A stretch of 52,867 nucleotides of DNA from Octopus bimaculoides (lineage: Eukaryota): NCBI RefSeq assembly GCF_001194135.2, contig NC_068986.1:47232529-47285395 (forward strand), given 5' to 3'. Below the pieces are notes generated by a model. That model ran no database searches, was not told the origin of the DNA, and worked only from the letters and a program-made list of their open reading frames with translations. Of the stretch, positions 38,272 through 50,894 are shown one piece after another (positions within the stretch are counted from its first letter, which is position 1; the number at the start of each line of letters is the position of its first letter). The position numbers and the translations under genes were made by a program.

Positions 38272-38490
38272 ATGTGTGTGTGTGTATTTGTGTGTCTGTG
38301 TTTGTCTCCCCCAACATTGCTTGACAACTAATGCTGGTGTGTTTACATTCTTGTAACTTAGCAGTTTGGCAAAAGAGACCGATAGAATAAGTACTAAGCT
38401 TACAAAGAATAAGCCCTGGGGTCAATTTGTTCAACTAAAAGCAGTGCTCCAGTATGGCCACAGTCAAATGACTGAAGCAAGTAAAAGAAT
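38082..38490 (+). mobile_element. SINE family A, slightly 5'-truncated
   Basis: Head, (TG)n core and tail are all present. Confidence 0.85.
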
Positions 38491-38587
38491 TCCCTTAAAT
38501 TCATTTGTTATCTCTACTACTTTTTGACACGCAGACAAAAGAACTTGTACAATCATTCAATATGTTAGAAACTGTAATCACATTTAC

Positions 38588-38605
38588 CTCAGAAATCATT
38601 TTACA
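38588..38605 (-). CDS. Candidate 18-nt microexon (CKMISE)
   Basis: Acceptor tttcctttctcctatttctaacag with a branch-like motif, donor GAG|gtaaat, phase 0-0. Confidence 0.35.
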
Positions 38606-39449
38606 CTGTTAGAAATAGGAGAAAGGAAACAATGTCTTAGATAATTATAGAAGTGCTTTAGAATAAAAGGTAGTAGAGTCACTTTTGGTTTTTAAACCCA
38701 ATGTATGATCAGACACTTATGATCAAATATCTTTCATCATATGTTAGTCCAATCAGTACAAGCCAGTAGATAAAACAACAGTAATATCAAGAACTCCACT
38801 TTGATCACTCTAAATTGCCAACAATTATTTAACTATTTCTTGTTCTGTATTATGAACATCAATCCAAAACAATCACTCTGAAATCTTGTTACTCACTTAT
38901 ATCTTTGACTGACACCTAAACTTTAACTTTTAACTTTCACAATTTATCTTGACACCCTAGTCTTTATTTCATATAATTATCTGATTATTGTCTAATGAAG
39001 GCAACCCACGTAAAGCATTTCAAATGTCTGGAACTTTTAGTCATCTAACTGGTTAGTATTCCACCAATTTTATGCTGTCTAACTTAAGCAATAAATGCAC
39101 ATCCTCTCTGACCCATCCGAAATAACTAAAATATTTCTCACCTTTTTACTTGTACAGTCAAATCCCGTGATTCCCAAATGGTTCACATGCAGCTCACTTT
39201 ACTAACAAATCATTTACTATCTCCAACAGGAAGGTGTTCATTCATCAATGCTTGCATGATGGCTATCAGTAAAACAAAAAATACTTTCATGCATCACATG
39301 GCCTGCAAACTATCCCATTTTCTAAATCACTGTCACATCTCCTGGTTTCCTGCCAAGATCTCCATCTTTTCAGAATCATTTTCTCACCAAGATGGTTGTA
39401 TGAGAAGCATTCTCATTAAAATGCCTTAAGTTAGTACTGTCATCAGTCC

Positions 39450-39690
39450 TAGGACTCACAAGACCAGTTACCTGGTTTTCATGGTGTATCAGTGACTGAG
39501 ACCACAACATACCCACTGAATGGGATGCCAGTCCATTGCAGGGTTACTCATTGACAACTGAATGGACTGGAGCAACATGAAATGAAGTGTTTTGTTCAGG
39601 AACACAATTCACCATCTGGTCTGGGAATCAAAGTCATGATCTTGCAACTGTAAATACAGCATCCTAACCACTAAGATATGTGCCCTAGAC
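39450..39690 (-). mobile_element. Third tRNA-headed SINE family (related copies about 5290-5500 +, 48640-48910 -, 51165-51300 +)
   Basis: The copies share a tagtggtt...tgattcc head and a gtgtccttgagcaagacact-type core. Confidence 0.65.
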
Positions 39691-39839
39691 ATTTGATAAT
39701 TGTTCTGCTTTGTTTGCTGGACGTTATAAAAACTAGGTTTAGAAGTGATATATGAAGCTGCTACTAGCAATTTTCAAGTTGGTTGTCACTTTATATTGAC
39801 CAGAGCCTCGTCCTTGTCCTTTTACATTCTTCATAATTT

Positions 39840-40080
39840 TTGTATGAGTAAATCAAGTGTAAAAGTCAACATGGCAAAGACAAAAGATCTAATTAATAAT
39901 AAAGTGAAAGACATCCTGGGGCCATCTGATTGAAATATAGGAATAGAGTTGTTAGGGACATGATATTTTGAAATCAGTAAAAGCAACTGATACACAGATG
40001 GTGAATGTAGTGTCTTTGCTAAACTGACATAAAAAGCCCCAAAGTAGATAAGAGTAAATAACAAGAGGTGCATTTGGGGA
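39840..40080 (+). pseudogene. RTE-type RT remnant
   Basis: KVNMAKTKDLI resembles the RTE RT motif LKVNxxKTKVL; the downstream sequence is degenerate. Confidence 0.4.
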
Positions 40081-40404
40081 TTGAAGTTTATGAACTTGGT
40101 AAGTAGAATTAAGTGTCCTGCTTAGAGTCGTAATAAGAACAAAAGCTTTGCTGCTAATTTGAATTTACAACCAATATGTTGGTGACCCAGTACCTTATTT
40201 ATTACAAGAACAAATCTTGTTATTTCTTTCACAACAACTTATGTTAAATGAAAAAGATTGTTAATCTATTTCGTACCATTGAAGATTTCTGTTTATTGAA
40301 AGAATAAAATTGAGAAATCATCCTTATTTAGCCAATAAAAGTGGTTATATCAGAAGTAGTGAATCAATACAATCAATAGGGAAAAGAACTTATGAATTTG
40401 TTGT

Positions 40405-40770
40405 ATCTTGGAAAGGCCATAATGCCAATGGTACACACATGCACTGATTCTAATTTATTTCTTTTATTTTTACTATTTTTATTAGTCAGCTGGTTAACTA
40501 TTTTACCAATTAACTAACTGTTTGTTTAATTGTCTGGTCAGGCAATCATTTAGCTAGGTTTGTCAAAATCCTTTCATAGTCATTCACAATCTCATCAATG
40601 ACAAACCTAACTGATTCAACTGATTGGCAGGACTATTAATCAAACAATTGTTTAGTTAATTGTTTAAATGGTTAACTAATTGACTAACAATAATAAAAGA
40701 AGCAAAACAAAACCAATACATGTGTTTATCATTGGATTAATGACCCTCCTGCAATACATCTAAATCTGTT
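40405..40770. repeat. Old diverged inverted repeat (fold-back/MITE-like)
   Basis: Left arm ccaatggtacacacatg...ttagtcagctggttaacta...taggtttgtca pairs with right arm tgacaaaccta...tggttaactaattgactaa...catgtgtttatcattgg. Confidence 0.7.
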
Positions 40771-41870
40771 TCAACACAAATTTACATAATGAATCTTGAA
40801 AACCAATACAAATATCTTATGAATATTATCAGAAAATGTTTACTGGTAAATGACATTATGCTCTTAAAGGTTTACTATGAGTTTAAACAGCTTTAAGTAT
40901 TCTTGGGTACATTCAAAACTGTTCAGTTATTAAAGTGATGCAACTATTTTGCGAATAATCTAACAATGCACAAGTAGATCCAATTGCAGCAAAATGCACT
41001 TCAAAATTTTCACTTCATATTAAATAACAATAAATTATCCCATATTTTCTACCTTCAGTTCTGTTTTGTTCTTCACCAATATGCCTCATGTCAAACTAAT
41101 GATTTCCGATGCATTTGACTGATTCTTCCCCCCATGGGAATCTGATTAGTATATTTCCAAACAGTCCTCTAATTTATTTCCATTTTCATTGAATAATTTA
41201 CTAATTGAATTAGTGGCATCGTTTGCAAGCTGATAAAGCAATTTTTGCATCAACTCTGAATCTCATTGGCACTCTTAATTTAACTTCCATCTTCTTGAGT
41301 GTGACATGACACATGCAGACATATTCACTTCCAGTTGTTATTAAATAACCACACACCCAATCAAATAGCTTTTTGCTTGTAAAGCCAATTAGTGAGTGAC
41401 AAAAATTAAGTGGACTTCTGAGAATCTCTTGGACAAAACACCTCAAATAATCCAGAAGAGTTGCATGCATCAAATATCAAATGGCATATGTGTGTCTTTG
41501 TACACCTAAGTATGTTGGCCCTTTATAAATAAAATGGGGCTAAGCTAACTGAAGGGTTTGAACATAAAAGAAGAAAAGTTTTAAAATTAAATGAACAATG
41601 AATATTATTATTTCATATTTCAATAAAATCATTTCTTGATTTTTTTGCTTGTGTTTTTTTTTTTAAATCATATTTTTTTTGTTACACTTCATTCATATAG
41701 ATGTTTCAAATATGTAAAAACAATAAAAATTTTTTTATTCTTTCGAATAAATTTTAAAATAAGTTTAAAATAAGTAAAAAATGAAATATAAGTATAGTAT
41801 TAAATATAAAATAAAATACATAAATGTATTATTTTAAACATATTTTACTTGTTACTCTTGTAGATATGGA

Positions 41871-41910
<40 letters not shown>

Positions 41911-43055
41911 TATTTACTTCCATTATTGTCTTCCTTGGTGTAATAATTTATTTTGTCTGCCAAATTTGTCCCTTTGCACACACTTATATTAAACTTCCTG
42001 TATGACATCACCTTTCTAGTGATTCAGGGACAGGAGTTGGGGTGGGGAAAAGAAGGAGGAGAAAGTCACCACAACTACTTTCTATAATTTTTTTGTAGCA
42101 GAAACCAAGTTCTCAGAATACAAGAATCAGAAACTGTTTCATTTATTGGCTCCTTTCAATTCATAGTATATTATTATTATTATTATTATTATTATAATTA
42201 ATATTAATGATATTATCGTTCTTCTTGTTATTGTTAACAACAGACTAGCCAGCATTACTACCACTGCCATCACTACCACCATGATTGCCACCACCACCAC
42301 CACTACTACTACCACCATCATCATCATCATTATAATCACCATTCCTTTCCTCTTCCCACTCTTCTGCATCTTTATCATCCCATCCTTGCCCATCTCATCT
42401 TCCTTCTTGATATTATTACAAGTGATGTGATTGTTGTAGTTATTTCTGTTCCGCCTATTTTTTTCTTTTTTTTTTCTTGCAACACATATTTCTTCATTCA
42501 TTGTTATTTATTTCATTCTTTCCTTTTCTTTTGCGATAAGTTATTCAGATCACACACCTAACTTAGTTAACTTTTTCTACAAGACTTTGCCAGCATTTCA
42601 TGTAAGACTTGACTGCTAATTGAGTGAATTTTACCAAAAAGAACTGTTTTCGCCATCTTTTCTCCTCTTGCTGTGTTCTTTTTTTTTTCTTTCACTTTTT
42701 CCATCTTTTTTTTTTTTCCATCTTTCCATATTTTTCCCTTCCTTTCAACAGCCTTCCACACCCCTACATCTTGCTATTTTCCTTGCTGGAAACTCCCACG
42801 CTACTCTCCATTTCGCTGTAATTCAGTTTACTGTATCAATATTCTTTTGAAAAGAAGTGTAGTGAGATTGAATAAAGGAAGGAATATTGAAGTGGCTGTT
42901 GAAGAGGTGGTCAGGGTTAAGAGACAAAGAAAACTAAAGTTGAAAAATTAATTACAATAAAACTCTAACTGTAATAAATTAAATAAAATATCTACTCTAT
43001 TTTCTTAAAAGAAAGGAACTAGATAAAAAAAATTTTAAAATATGTATGTGCATAC

Positions 43056-43105
<50 letters not shown>

Positions 43106-43497
43106 TTCATTGTTGATTTGAAACTTTATTTTATTCACAAAACTATATTAGTTAACTTATTGCATATTTCTTGTCTACATGTCTGTGGTAAATATTTCAT
43201 CAGCATTATTTAATTGGCAAGAAAAGCATTTTAATAAAAGAAAAAAAAAAATTACTTTTTTATCAAATGGAAAAGAAAGAGAAATTCAAATATTTTCAAT
43301 GTTTATATTATATGTCACATATAATTTGATACTATCTATGAATGTTTTAAAAATTGATATGTACCTTATGGATTCAAGCAAAAGGAATATGAAATAACCC
43401 TTTATCAAGGAAATAAACATGATAATATTTATTTAGGTTGATAATTGTGGTTATCATTTAATAAAATTTTTATCGATACATTTTCAAAGTAGTTTAA

Positions 43498-43951
43498 CAC
43501 TTTTGATACCATATTTCGCCAGAAATACATTGACTTTGTTTCAATTAAGTTTGAAAATAATGAAGAATTTAGCAAAATAACTGTACTGTTATCAAGCTGG
43601 AGTTTAATATGGTGAGCTGACAAAATTGTTAGCACGCCGATTAAATGCTTAGTGATATTTCATCTACCTTTACATTCTGAGTTCAAATTCCTCCAAGGTC
43701 AACTTTGTCTTTCATTCTTTTGGGATCAATGAAATAAGTACCAGTTGAGGACTGGGGTCAATGTTATTGAATAGTCCCTTCCCCCCAAATTTCAGATCTT
43801 ATGCCTATTGTAGAAAGGATCATTAAGCTGGTGTTTGAAACATAAATCAACATAAAATTTTGAAAGAGGGTTTTAATTTAGATCTCTTGAAATCAGGAAG
43901 TTTGTAATGATAAAACCAGGGATGGTCTCAGACAGATTAATATCAAAAGGG
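43498..43951. mobile_element. piggyBac-type MITE (same family as 11625-11829 and about 23510-23730) interrupted by a SINE family B copy at about 43609-43822
   Basis: ttaa|cacttttgatacc ... atatcaaaaggg|ttaa. The inner SINE is bracketed by atcaagctggagttta / attaagctggtgtttg, a diverged TSD. Confidence 0.85.
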
Positions 43952-44244
43952 TTAAAGTGGGTTAAAAGTGGGGTTAGGAGTAGGATTTCTGCTTGTATTC
44001 AATAGACCAATTTAGAACTTAGAGAGTTTGGACTCTGCTTTCACCTATTAAGTCTTACATTTCCCTAGTTCACAATAAAGAGTATATGTTTTTTTGTTTT
44101 TTTTATTTTAGGAGTAATGATGAGCTAGAAAGTTCTTTTACATTTAATATGAAGACCATATAAGATTATCATCATCATTGGTTAGCAACCACATTTTGAT
44201 GGTCATATGGGTCAGACTTGAGATGTATGTTTACAATAGGCCCA

Positions 44245-45556
44245 GGCATGACTGTGTATTGAAGAAACTTACTTAACAACCTTTTGATTTCAGATTCAGT
44301 CCCACTGCAGAGCAATGTGCAAGTGTTTTCTTTTGTGGCTGATCAATGCTTTGTGAGTGACATTGATTGATGGAAACTGTTTGGAAGCCAATTCTATACA
44401 CACATGCACACACACACACACACAAATACACGCGTGTGTGTGTATATATGCATGACTTTTTGCTTGTCCCCTCACCACGTGACAACCTGTGATGGTTTGT
44501 TTGCATCCCCATAACTTAGCAGTTTGTCAAAAGTAACAGACAGAATAAGTACCAGGTTCAGAATATGCAACTACTGGGGTTGATTCGTTCAATTAAGCCC
44601 TTGAAGGCAGTGCCCCAGCATGGCCACAGTTCAATGACTGGTACAAGGAAATATCAGAATAAATGAATGAAAGAATGGTATTAGGCTATCTAACAAAATC
44701 TTAGGTTATCTAGCTAAAAAAAAAAAACAGAAAAAAGATGGCTATTTCTCTTAGTCAAGTTTTTAAAATTAGAAAAGATATAGAAGTGTAAAAATGCTTA
44801 CCTCAGTATCTACTCAACAACATTTGCTACAAATAGTAGGAATTACAATTTACTTGATTTATCTAAACATATAACATTGGTCCACTTGAGTTCCCCTTAG
44901 CTCAATGCAAACCTTGATATAAATATAAACATTGCCACAAATCTAAACCTTGACATGAATATAAACCATTATATGAATAGACAAGTTGATAAATAAAAAA
45001 ACAAACTAGAAAATACAAGAAAACCTATACAATAGATATTCTGTATTGACTAAAATAAGTTTACATATTATTAACAAGCAAATTATAACGAAATTCTTGT
45101 AGTTTCTGTGTTAAATATTATAACTTTTGTTATTCGAAATGCCCTCCCCACCACTAGTTATCACTGCTTGAACATGATGGAATATGCAATTACCTGATTA
45201 GAGTATGCATCTCATTGTTCTTCTAGTTATGTATGTTTTGTCTGAGAATCACTGGATTAGATGTGATTTTGAAACAATACACAATATGCTCTGTTGCATT
45301 ACAAATGCATCTAGGTGCACTGCAGATTTAAAAAAATATAATCTAGGGTTTTGGAAAATCTCCATACTATCATATGTGTAGGTATGATAATATGGCTGCA
45401 TAGTAAGAAGTTTGCTTCCCAAATATCTGGATCCAGGTTCAGTTCCACTGAGTGGCACTTTGGGCAAGTGTCTTCTAATATAGTCCTGGGCCAACCAAAG
45501 CCTTGTAAGTGGATTTGGTAGATGGAAAGCTGGAAGAAGCCACCGCGTGTGTCTTG

Positions 45557-45596
<40 letters not shown>

Positions 45597-45795
45597 TCCC
45601 TCACCACTGCTTGACAACTAGTATTGCTTTATTTACATCTCTGTAATTTAGCAGTTTTGCGAAAGAGACTGATAGAATAAGTACCAGGCTTAAAAAATAG
45701 TAACTATTGGGGTCAGTTTGTTTGACCAAACCCTTCTGGGCAGTGCCCCAGCATGGCCACATTTCAATAACTGAACAAGTAAAAGATAAATGATA
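44245..45795 (+). mobile_element. Two full-length diverged SINE family A copies (about 44245-44660 and 45390-45795)
   Basis: Head, microsatellite core and tail are recognisable in both. Confidence 0.8.
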
Positions 45796-46139
45796 ATGCT
45801 TGGGTATCATAAACAACGTATGTATAATATTGCTTGTTTAATGTATATTTTTCCGTGCTAGCATGGGTTAAATGAAGAATTATTACAGGCTGCACTTCAT
45901 ATCCCTAAACCTTACATGTTTTCAAGAAAATATTTTTCACTTTGTTCTACTCTGTAAGTGTGAAACTACAATATAATCTACTAACAAGGAATGTCAATAT
46001 TATGTCATTGCTTTCATGTGAAGATGCAAAATGTAAATATTTACACACACTACATATGTATACATACATACACACACATAATACATACATACATGTGAAC
46101 TACCTTTCCTTCAAGAGCTTAGCATGAAAAGTCACCATT

Positions 46140-47490
46140 GTGTTTGCTATTTCTTGCACAAGATATTCATACATAGTTACTCTAAAGCACTAACTCTGGA
46201 TGCTGAGCAAAAAAAACTGTTATTGTAGAAAAGCCAGTATATATAAAAAGTTTGCTTCCAATCTACAATCATTATACCAGAAGTTGGAGAAGGAAAACAC
46301 TACTGATAAGAAAGTCCTTTCTCAAGATCTTCAATCATTTTGGTCTATCATCTGGAAGGAAAAGAAACATTCCAACCAGAATGCAGTGTGATTAAATACA
46401 GTTAGGAAAGAACTGTACTAATATTGACTGTAAAACATGCACAATTGGCCCAAAGACTTTCATCATGTTTGTCGGTAAACAGCATAATGGGAAGGCACCT
46501 GGAAGAGATCTGATAGTTGGATATTGGTACAATCGGCTGATCTTTTACAGAAAGCCTTTTATGTGTATATTAAGAAAAAAAACTATGGAAGGATAGATTG
46601 GCATACTTATTCTATCAGTCACTTTTGTCAAACTAAGTTATGAAGATGTGGTGAGGGACCAACACAAAGAAACACACACACACGTGCACACACATTCGGA
46701 GTTAGCAGAAAAATATAGGCTCATTACTTGCCTAAAAGTTATGTACAAGGTTTACACAAGCTGTCTCAACCAATTCCTCTTGGATCATTGTGACTGATGA
46801 GCAGGGAGGTGGAAAAAAAGTGCAGGGGAATGTGCTGAACAACTTTTGATAAACAAAGCTGTGATGTCCAAAGTAAGAAAATGCCTCAGAGACCTTGTGA
46901 CAGTAAGGTTTAATTTTAGGAAAGCATTCAACTCTGTTTCTTACTTGTGGCTACTGAAGTCTCTATGTTTGGCAAAAGTGCCTGCTACCTTAGATATCAT
47001 CATCAAGCTGCTCACAAAGACCTTGTCAACAGTTTTCACACTTAATTGAGAGCAAAATGATCATCTTCAGGACTCTAGATATTCAAAAGGGAGATAGATA
47101 GAATATTTCCAGGGAGATAGTCTTTCTGAAATTCTATTTATCTTGGCATTTAATTCATTATTATTTCTGTTACAAAAATGCTATGGCTATGTGCTAGGTT
47201 CTACAACCAGTGTAATCCATAATTTTGCAGATGGCCTGGACTTAATACCAACATTTTCAGCTGACATAAGAATGGAATTTGGCCAAAGAAGTGTTCATAT
47301 TTGATTGTTGAACACAGAAAATCAGTCTGCAAATCTAAAAATCCATGCATCAATGGTCTTGCTACCTCTCCAGCTCCATACAAAGAAGACTACAAATACC
47401 TAAGTATTGATGAAAACTTATCATACGAAGATGATGTGAATAAAGATATGATAACCCGAGAATATTACACAAGTACACAAGACTTTAAAA
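46140..47490 (+). pseudogene. Decayed R4/Dong-like (site-specific clade) non-LTR retrotransposon RT region
   Basis: Ordered motifs KKFASNLQSLYQKL, FWSIIW, HNGKAPGRDLIVGYWY, RLITCLKVMYKVYTSCL, QLLINKAVM, FRKAFNSVSYLW, IFQGDSLS, DIRMEFG and YKYLSI. Many stops and frameshifts, and a SINE fragment inserted at about 46601-46698. Confidence 0.85.
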
Positions 47491-48561
47491 AATATGACAT
47501 AAAATTTGACTTCAACTTGATTTGAACTCAAAGCTTAAAAAAAGAGAAGTAAATATTACAAGTCACACGTGTTTTATCTTTTCTATCAACTCACTATTTA
47601 ACTATACTGAGTAATGAAGTGTTGAATAATGGATTGATTTGATGTAAACTAAAATAGTTTCTGAATTATTTGAAAAAAATAGCTGTGGACACATTTTACA
47701 GAAAAAGTTTGGAAATTTCTCAAAAAAAAAAAAAAAAAAAACCCAAGACAAGATAAAGGAAACAAAAGACAAAATTGGTAAAAAAAGACAGAAAGGAAAA
47801 GGGAAAGAGAGAAAACACATCCAAAAACAATCAGCAGATTTCAGATTTCAGAGTAGCAAGTGAAGTGAGAAGTGCGAAAGAAAATGAAAGAAAATGTCTA
47901 AAGAAATAGAATGGAAGAAATGTATGTGTAGGACAACATTAGAATAAAAGAAAGGGAATGCTAAATGGTTGAGAATTATCACCTAGCAAAGTTAACAACA
48001 GTATGATATAAAATGATGGATAACATTGTGTGGTGAAAGAAGTATGATGGAGCATGTGTTTGTGGCTAATCTAATTAGTGAAATAGCTAATTATGTGCCA
48101 AGGATAAGTGGTCAGAAATGGTTATAAAAAAATAAGAAGAAAAGGGTAAAAAAATTAACTGAAAGGACACTGATTTGAAAACATACAAAAGTAGAAATAA
48201 AGAAGAAAATGAATAAACAAGTACTATTTATGTTGCGAAGATATGTTTTTGTCAAAGTAAGAAGTTACAGTGACAACAATGAGAACAATGTAGTATAGAT
48301 GAGACAGTAATTTGGAATTCATTGAGTGTCTTTATCTTCTATCTTTTACTTGTTTTAGTCATTGCTTGGCCTTGCTGGAGCACTACCTTTGAAGGGTGAA
48401 TCAAATGAATTGACCCCAGTACTTATTTGTTTCAAGTTTGGTACTTAGTCTATTGGTTTCTTTTGCTGAACTGCTTAGTTATAGACAAACCAACACTGGT
48501 TGTCAAGCAGTGGTGGAGTACAAACACCAAGACACACACACAAAGACCAAGACACGCACAC

Positions 48562-48604
<43 letters not shown>

Positions 48605-48914
48605 TACATACTGGCAATCTATCAGTTATATGATGATGGGGGCTCTAATTGATCTGATCAACAGAACAGCCTGCTCATGATCACTCCACAGATACAAGTA
48701 CCCTTAATGTAGTTCTCAGGGAGATTCAGCATGACACAGAATGTAACAAGCCTGGCTATTTGAAATACAGGTATTACTCACTTTTACCAGCTGAATGTAC
48801 TAGAGAAACATGAAATAAAGTGTCTTGCTCAAGGACACAACACATCACCAGGAATCAAACTCATGATCTTATGATCACTAGCCAAATGCTGTAACCACTA
48901 AGCTACACATTTCA

Positions 48915-48951
<37 letters not shown>

Positions 48952-48996
48952 GGCTTCTAATTTCCAATCACCAAAGCTTTGGTTGACCAAAGGCTG

Positions 48997-50228
48997 TAGT
49001 AGAAAACACTTACCCAAAGGTCAATGCAGTGGGACTGAACCCATAACCATATGGTTGGGAAACAAGCTTCTTAACTGCACAGCCATGCCAAATGAAAATA
49101 AGAACACTGAAAAAGATAACAACACTTTAGCTTCAATAGGCTTGTAACGAAGGAAAAGGGTATGTAAATGGTTAAGTTGAAAGAGTACTTGATAAGCAGG
49201 CACAAGAGTCTGGTGGTTGCATTTTATCTCCAAGTAATCTGTTATGTTCTACAGACAAGACACTTAACTCTCAATTGCTGGTTCTACCTAGCTTTCAAGT
49301 GGCTATTGTGAAGAGTATAATTTATCACTGTAGACAATGTCAACTTTCTAGACATTGGCAGCATTGTAAACAGTTACTTCTTTGTAAACAATTGCTGCTC
49401 TATAAACAAGAGTTGCATAATAAACTATGCCTGCATCGTAAGCAGTAACAGAAATGGGAGCTGCACTGTAAACAATGTCCACTGTATACTACAACAATGG
49501 TTGCAGTATAAACAGTGGCTGTACGGTAAACAAGACTGCTCTGTAAATAGTGCTTGCACAATAAACTGTGACTGCACTATAAAAACTGGCTGCATCAGAA
49601 TCAGTAGCTGCACTATAAGCAGTGGATGTATAGTAAATACTGGCTGTGCAGCAAACAGTGGCTGCTTTATACAATATACAGAAACTGCATGCACTATAAA
49701 CAGGAGCTGTACAATAAGCAACAGGGAATGCATTCTAAACAGTGTCTACACTATAAACAGGAGATGTGCAATAAACTGCAACTTCGATATAAACAGTGAC
49801 ATAATTCTAAATGGTGGCCTCGCTGTACACAGTGACACTGCAATGAATAGTGACTGCACTAAAAGACAGAAGCCTCATTATAAACAGCAGTTGCATGATA
49901 AACAATATTGATAAACCATATCAGTAATGGCAATACTTTAAAGAGTGGTTGCACTACAAACAATGCCACACTATAAATGCTACTTGTACTGTAAACTTGA
50001 ACTGCAAACCACCAGACACTTGTGCCTGTTTATCAAGTATTCTCTCAACTTAACCATTTACATACTCTTTTCCTTCGTTACAAGCCTATTGAAGCTAAAG
50101 TACTGTTGTCTTTTTCAGTATTCTTATTTTCATTTGGCATGGCTGTGCAGTTAAGAAGTTTGTTTCCCAACCATATGGTTATGGGTTCAGTCGAACTGCA
50201 TCGACCTTTGGGCAAGTGTTTTCTACTA
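48997..50228. repeat. Inverted duplication: arms about 48997-49220 and 50004-50228 around an about 780-bp spacer
   Basis: The arms are reverse complements with about a dozen substitutions, and include both a SINE head and non-SINE flank. The ORF track shows the same peptide (QLNHLHTLFLRYKPIEAK) on both strands. Confidence 0.95.
49300..49995 (+). repeat. Degenerate 18-bp minisatellite, consensus about TGCACTATAAACAGTGRC (C-T-I-N-S-D/G), more than 30 units
   Basis: taaac-like cores recur every 18 bp, and ORF 49501-49911 shows the hexapeptide period. Confidence 0.85.
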
Positions 50229-50690
50229 TGTTTTTTAATTTGTTTATTACATTTTTAAAAACATTTGTCATAATTTGAGAGATATTTACCTATTATTTCT
50301 GGTTAGTTAAGAAACTGAACAAGGCAAGGGTGGACAAATTCTTGCTCACATCATATTAGAAACTACCTATTGACAGAGTCATTTAAAACTCATGGAAAAA
50401 GATTAAGCCTCAAAACCAAAACAGTAAATCCTCATCATCATCATCATCTACTTTTCCATGCTTGTATAGATCAGATGGAATTTTTTAAGGCTGGTTTTCT
50501 GCAGTCAGATATCCTTTCTGTCACCAACCCTTACCTGTCTCCAATCAAGATAGTATTTCCCCATTACCAGACATGTTTTACATGGAAGACTGGAAACCAT
50601 CAACATTGCTTGTATAATGGTGGTGTTCATTTATAAACATCACATGATATCAAGACAGTGGTACACACAATTGTATGCACACACACACAC

Positions 50691-50731
<41 letters not shown>

Positions 50732-50854
50732 NNNNNNNNNNNNNNNNNNNNNNNNNNNNNNNNNNNNNNNNNNNNNNNNNNNNNNNNNNNNNNNNNNNNN
50801 NNNNNNNNNNNNNNNNNNNNNNNNNNNNNNNNNNNNNNNNNNNNNNNNNNNNNN

Positions 50855-50892
<38 letters not shown>

Positions 50893-50894
50893 AG

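Noticed and set aside
41050-41475. Protein-like minus-strand frames (HATLLDYLRCFVQEIL...; ELMQKLLYQLANDATNSI)
   Set aside because: Several short frames interrupted by stops, with no phase-consistent link to neighbouring candidates.
43523-43611. Apparently perfect plus-strand exon KYIDFVSIKFENNEEFSKITVLLSSWSLIW
   Set aside because: It lies inside the piggyBac-type MITE and its donor comes from the inserted SINE. This shows how easily false exons arise here.
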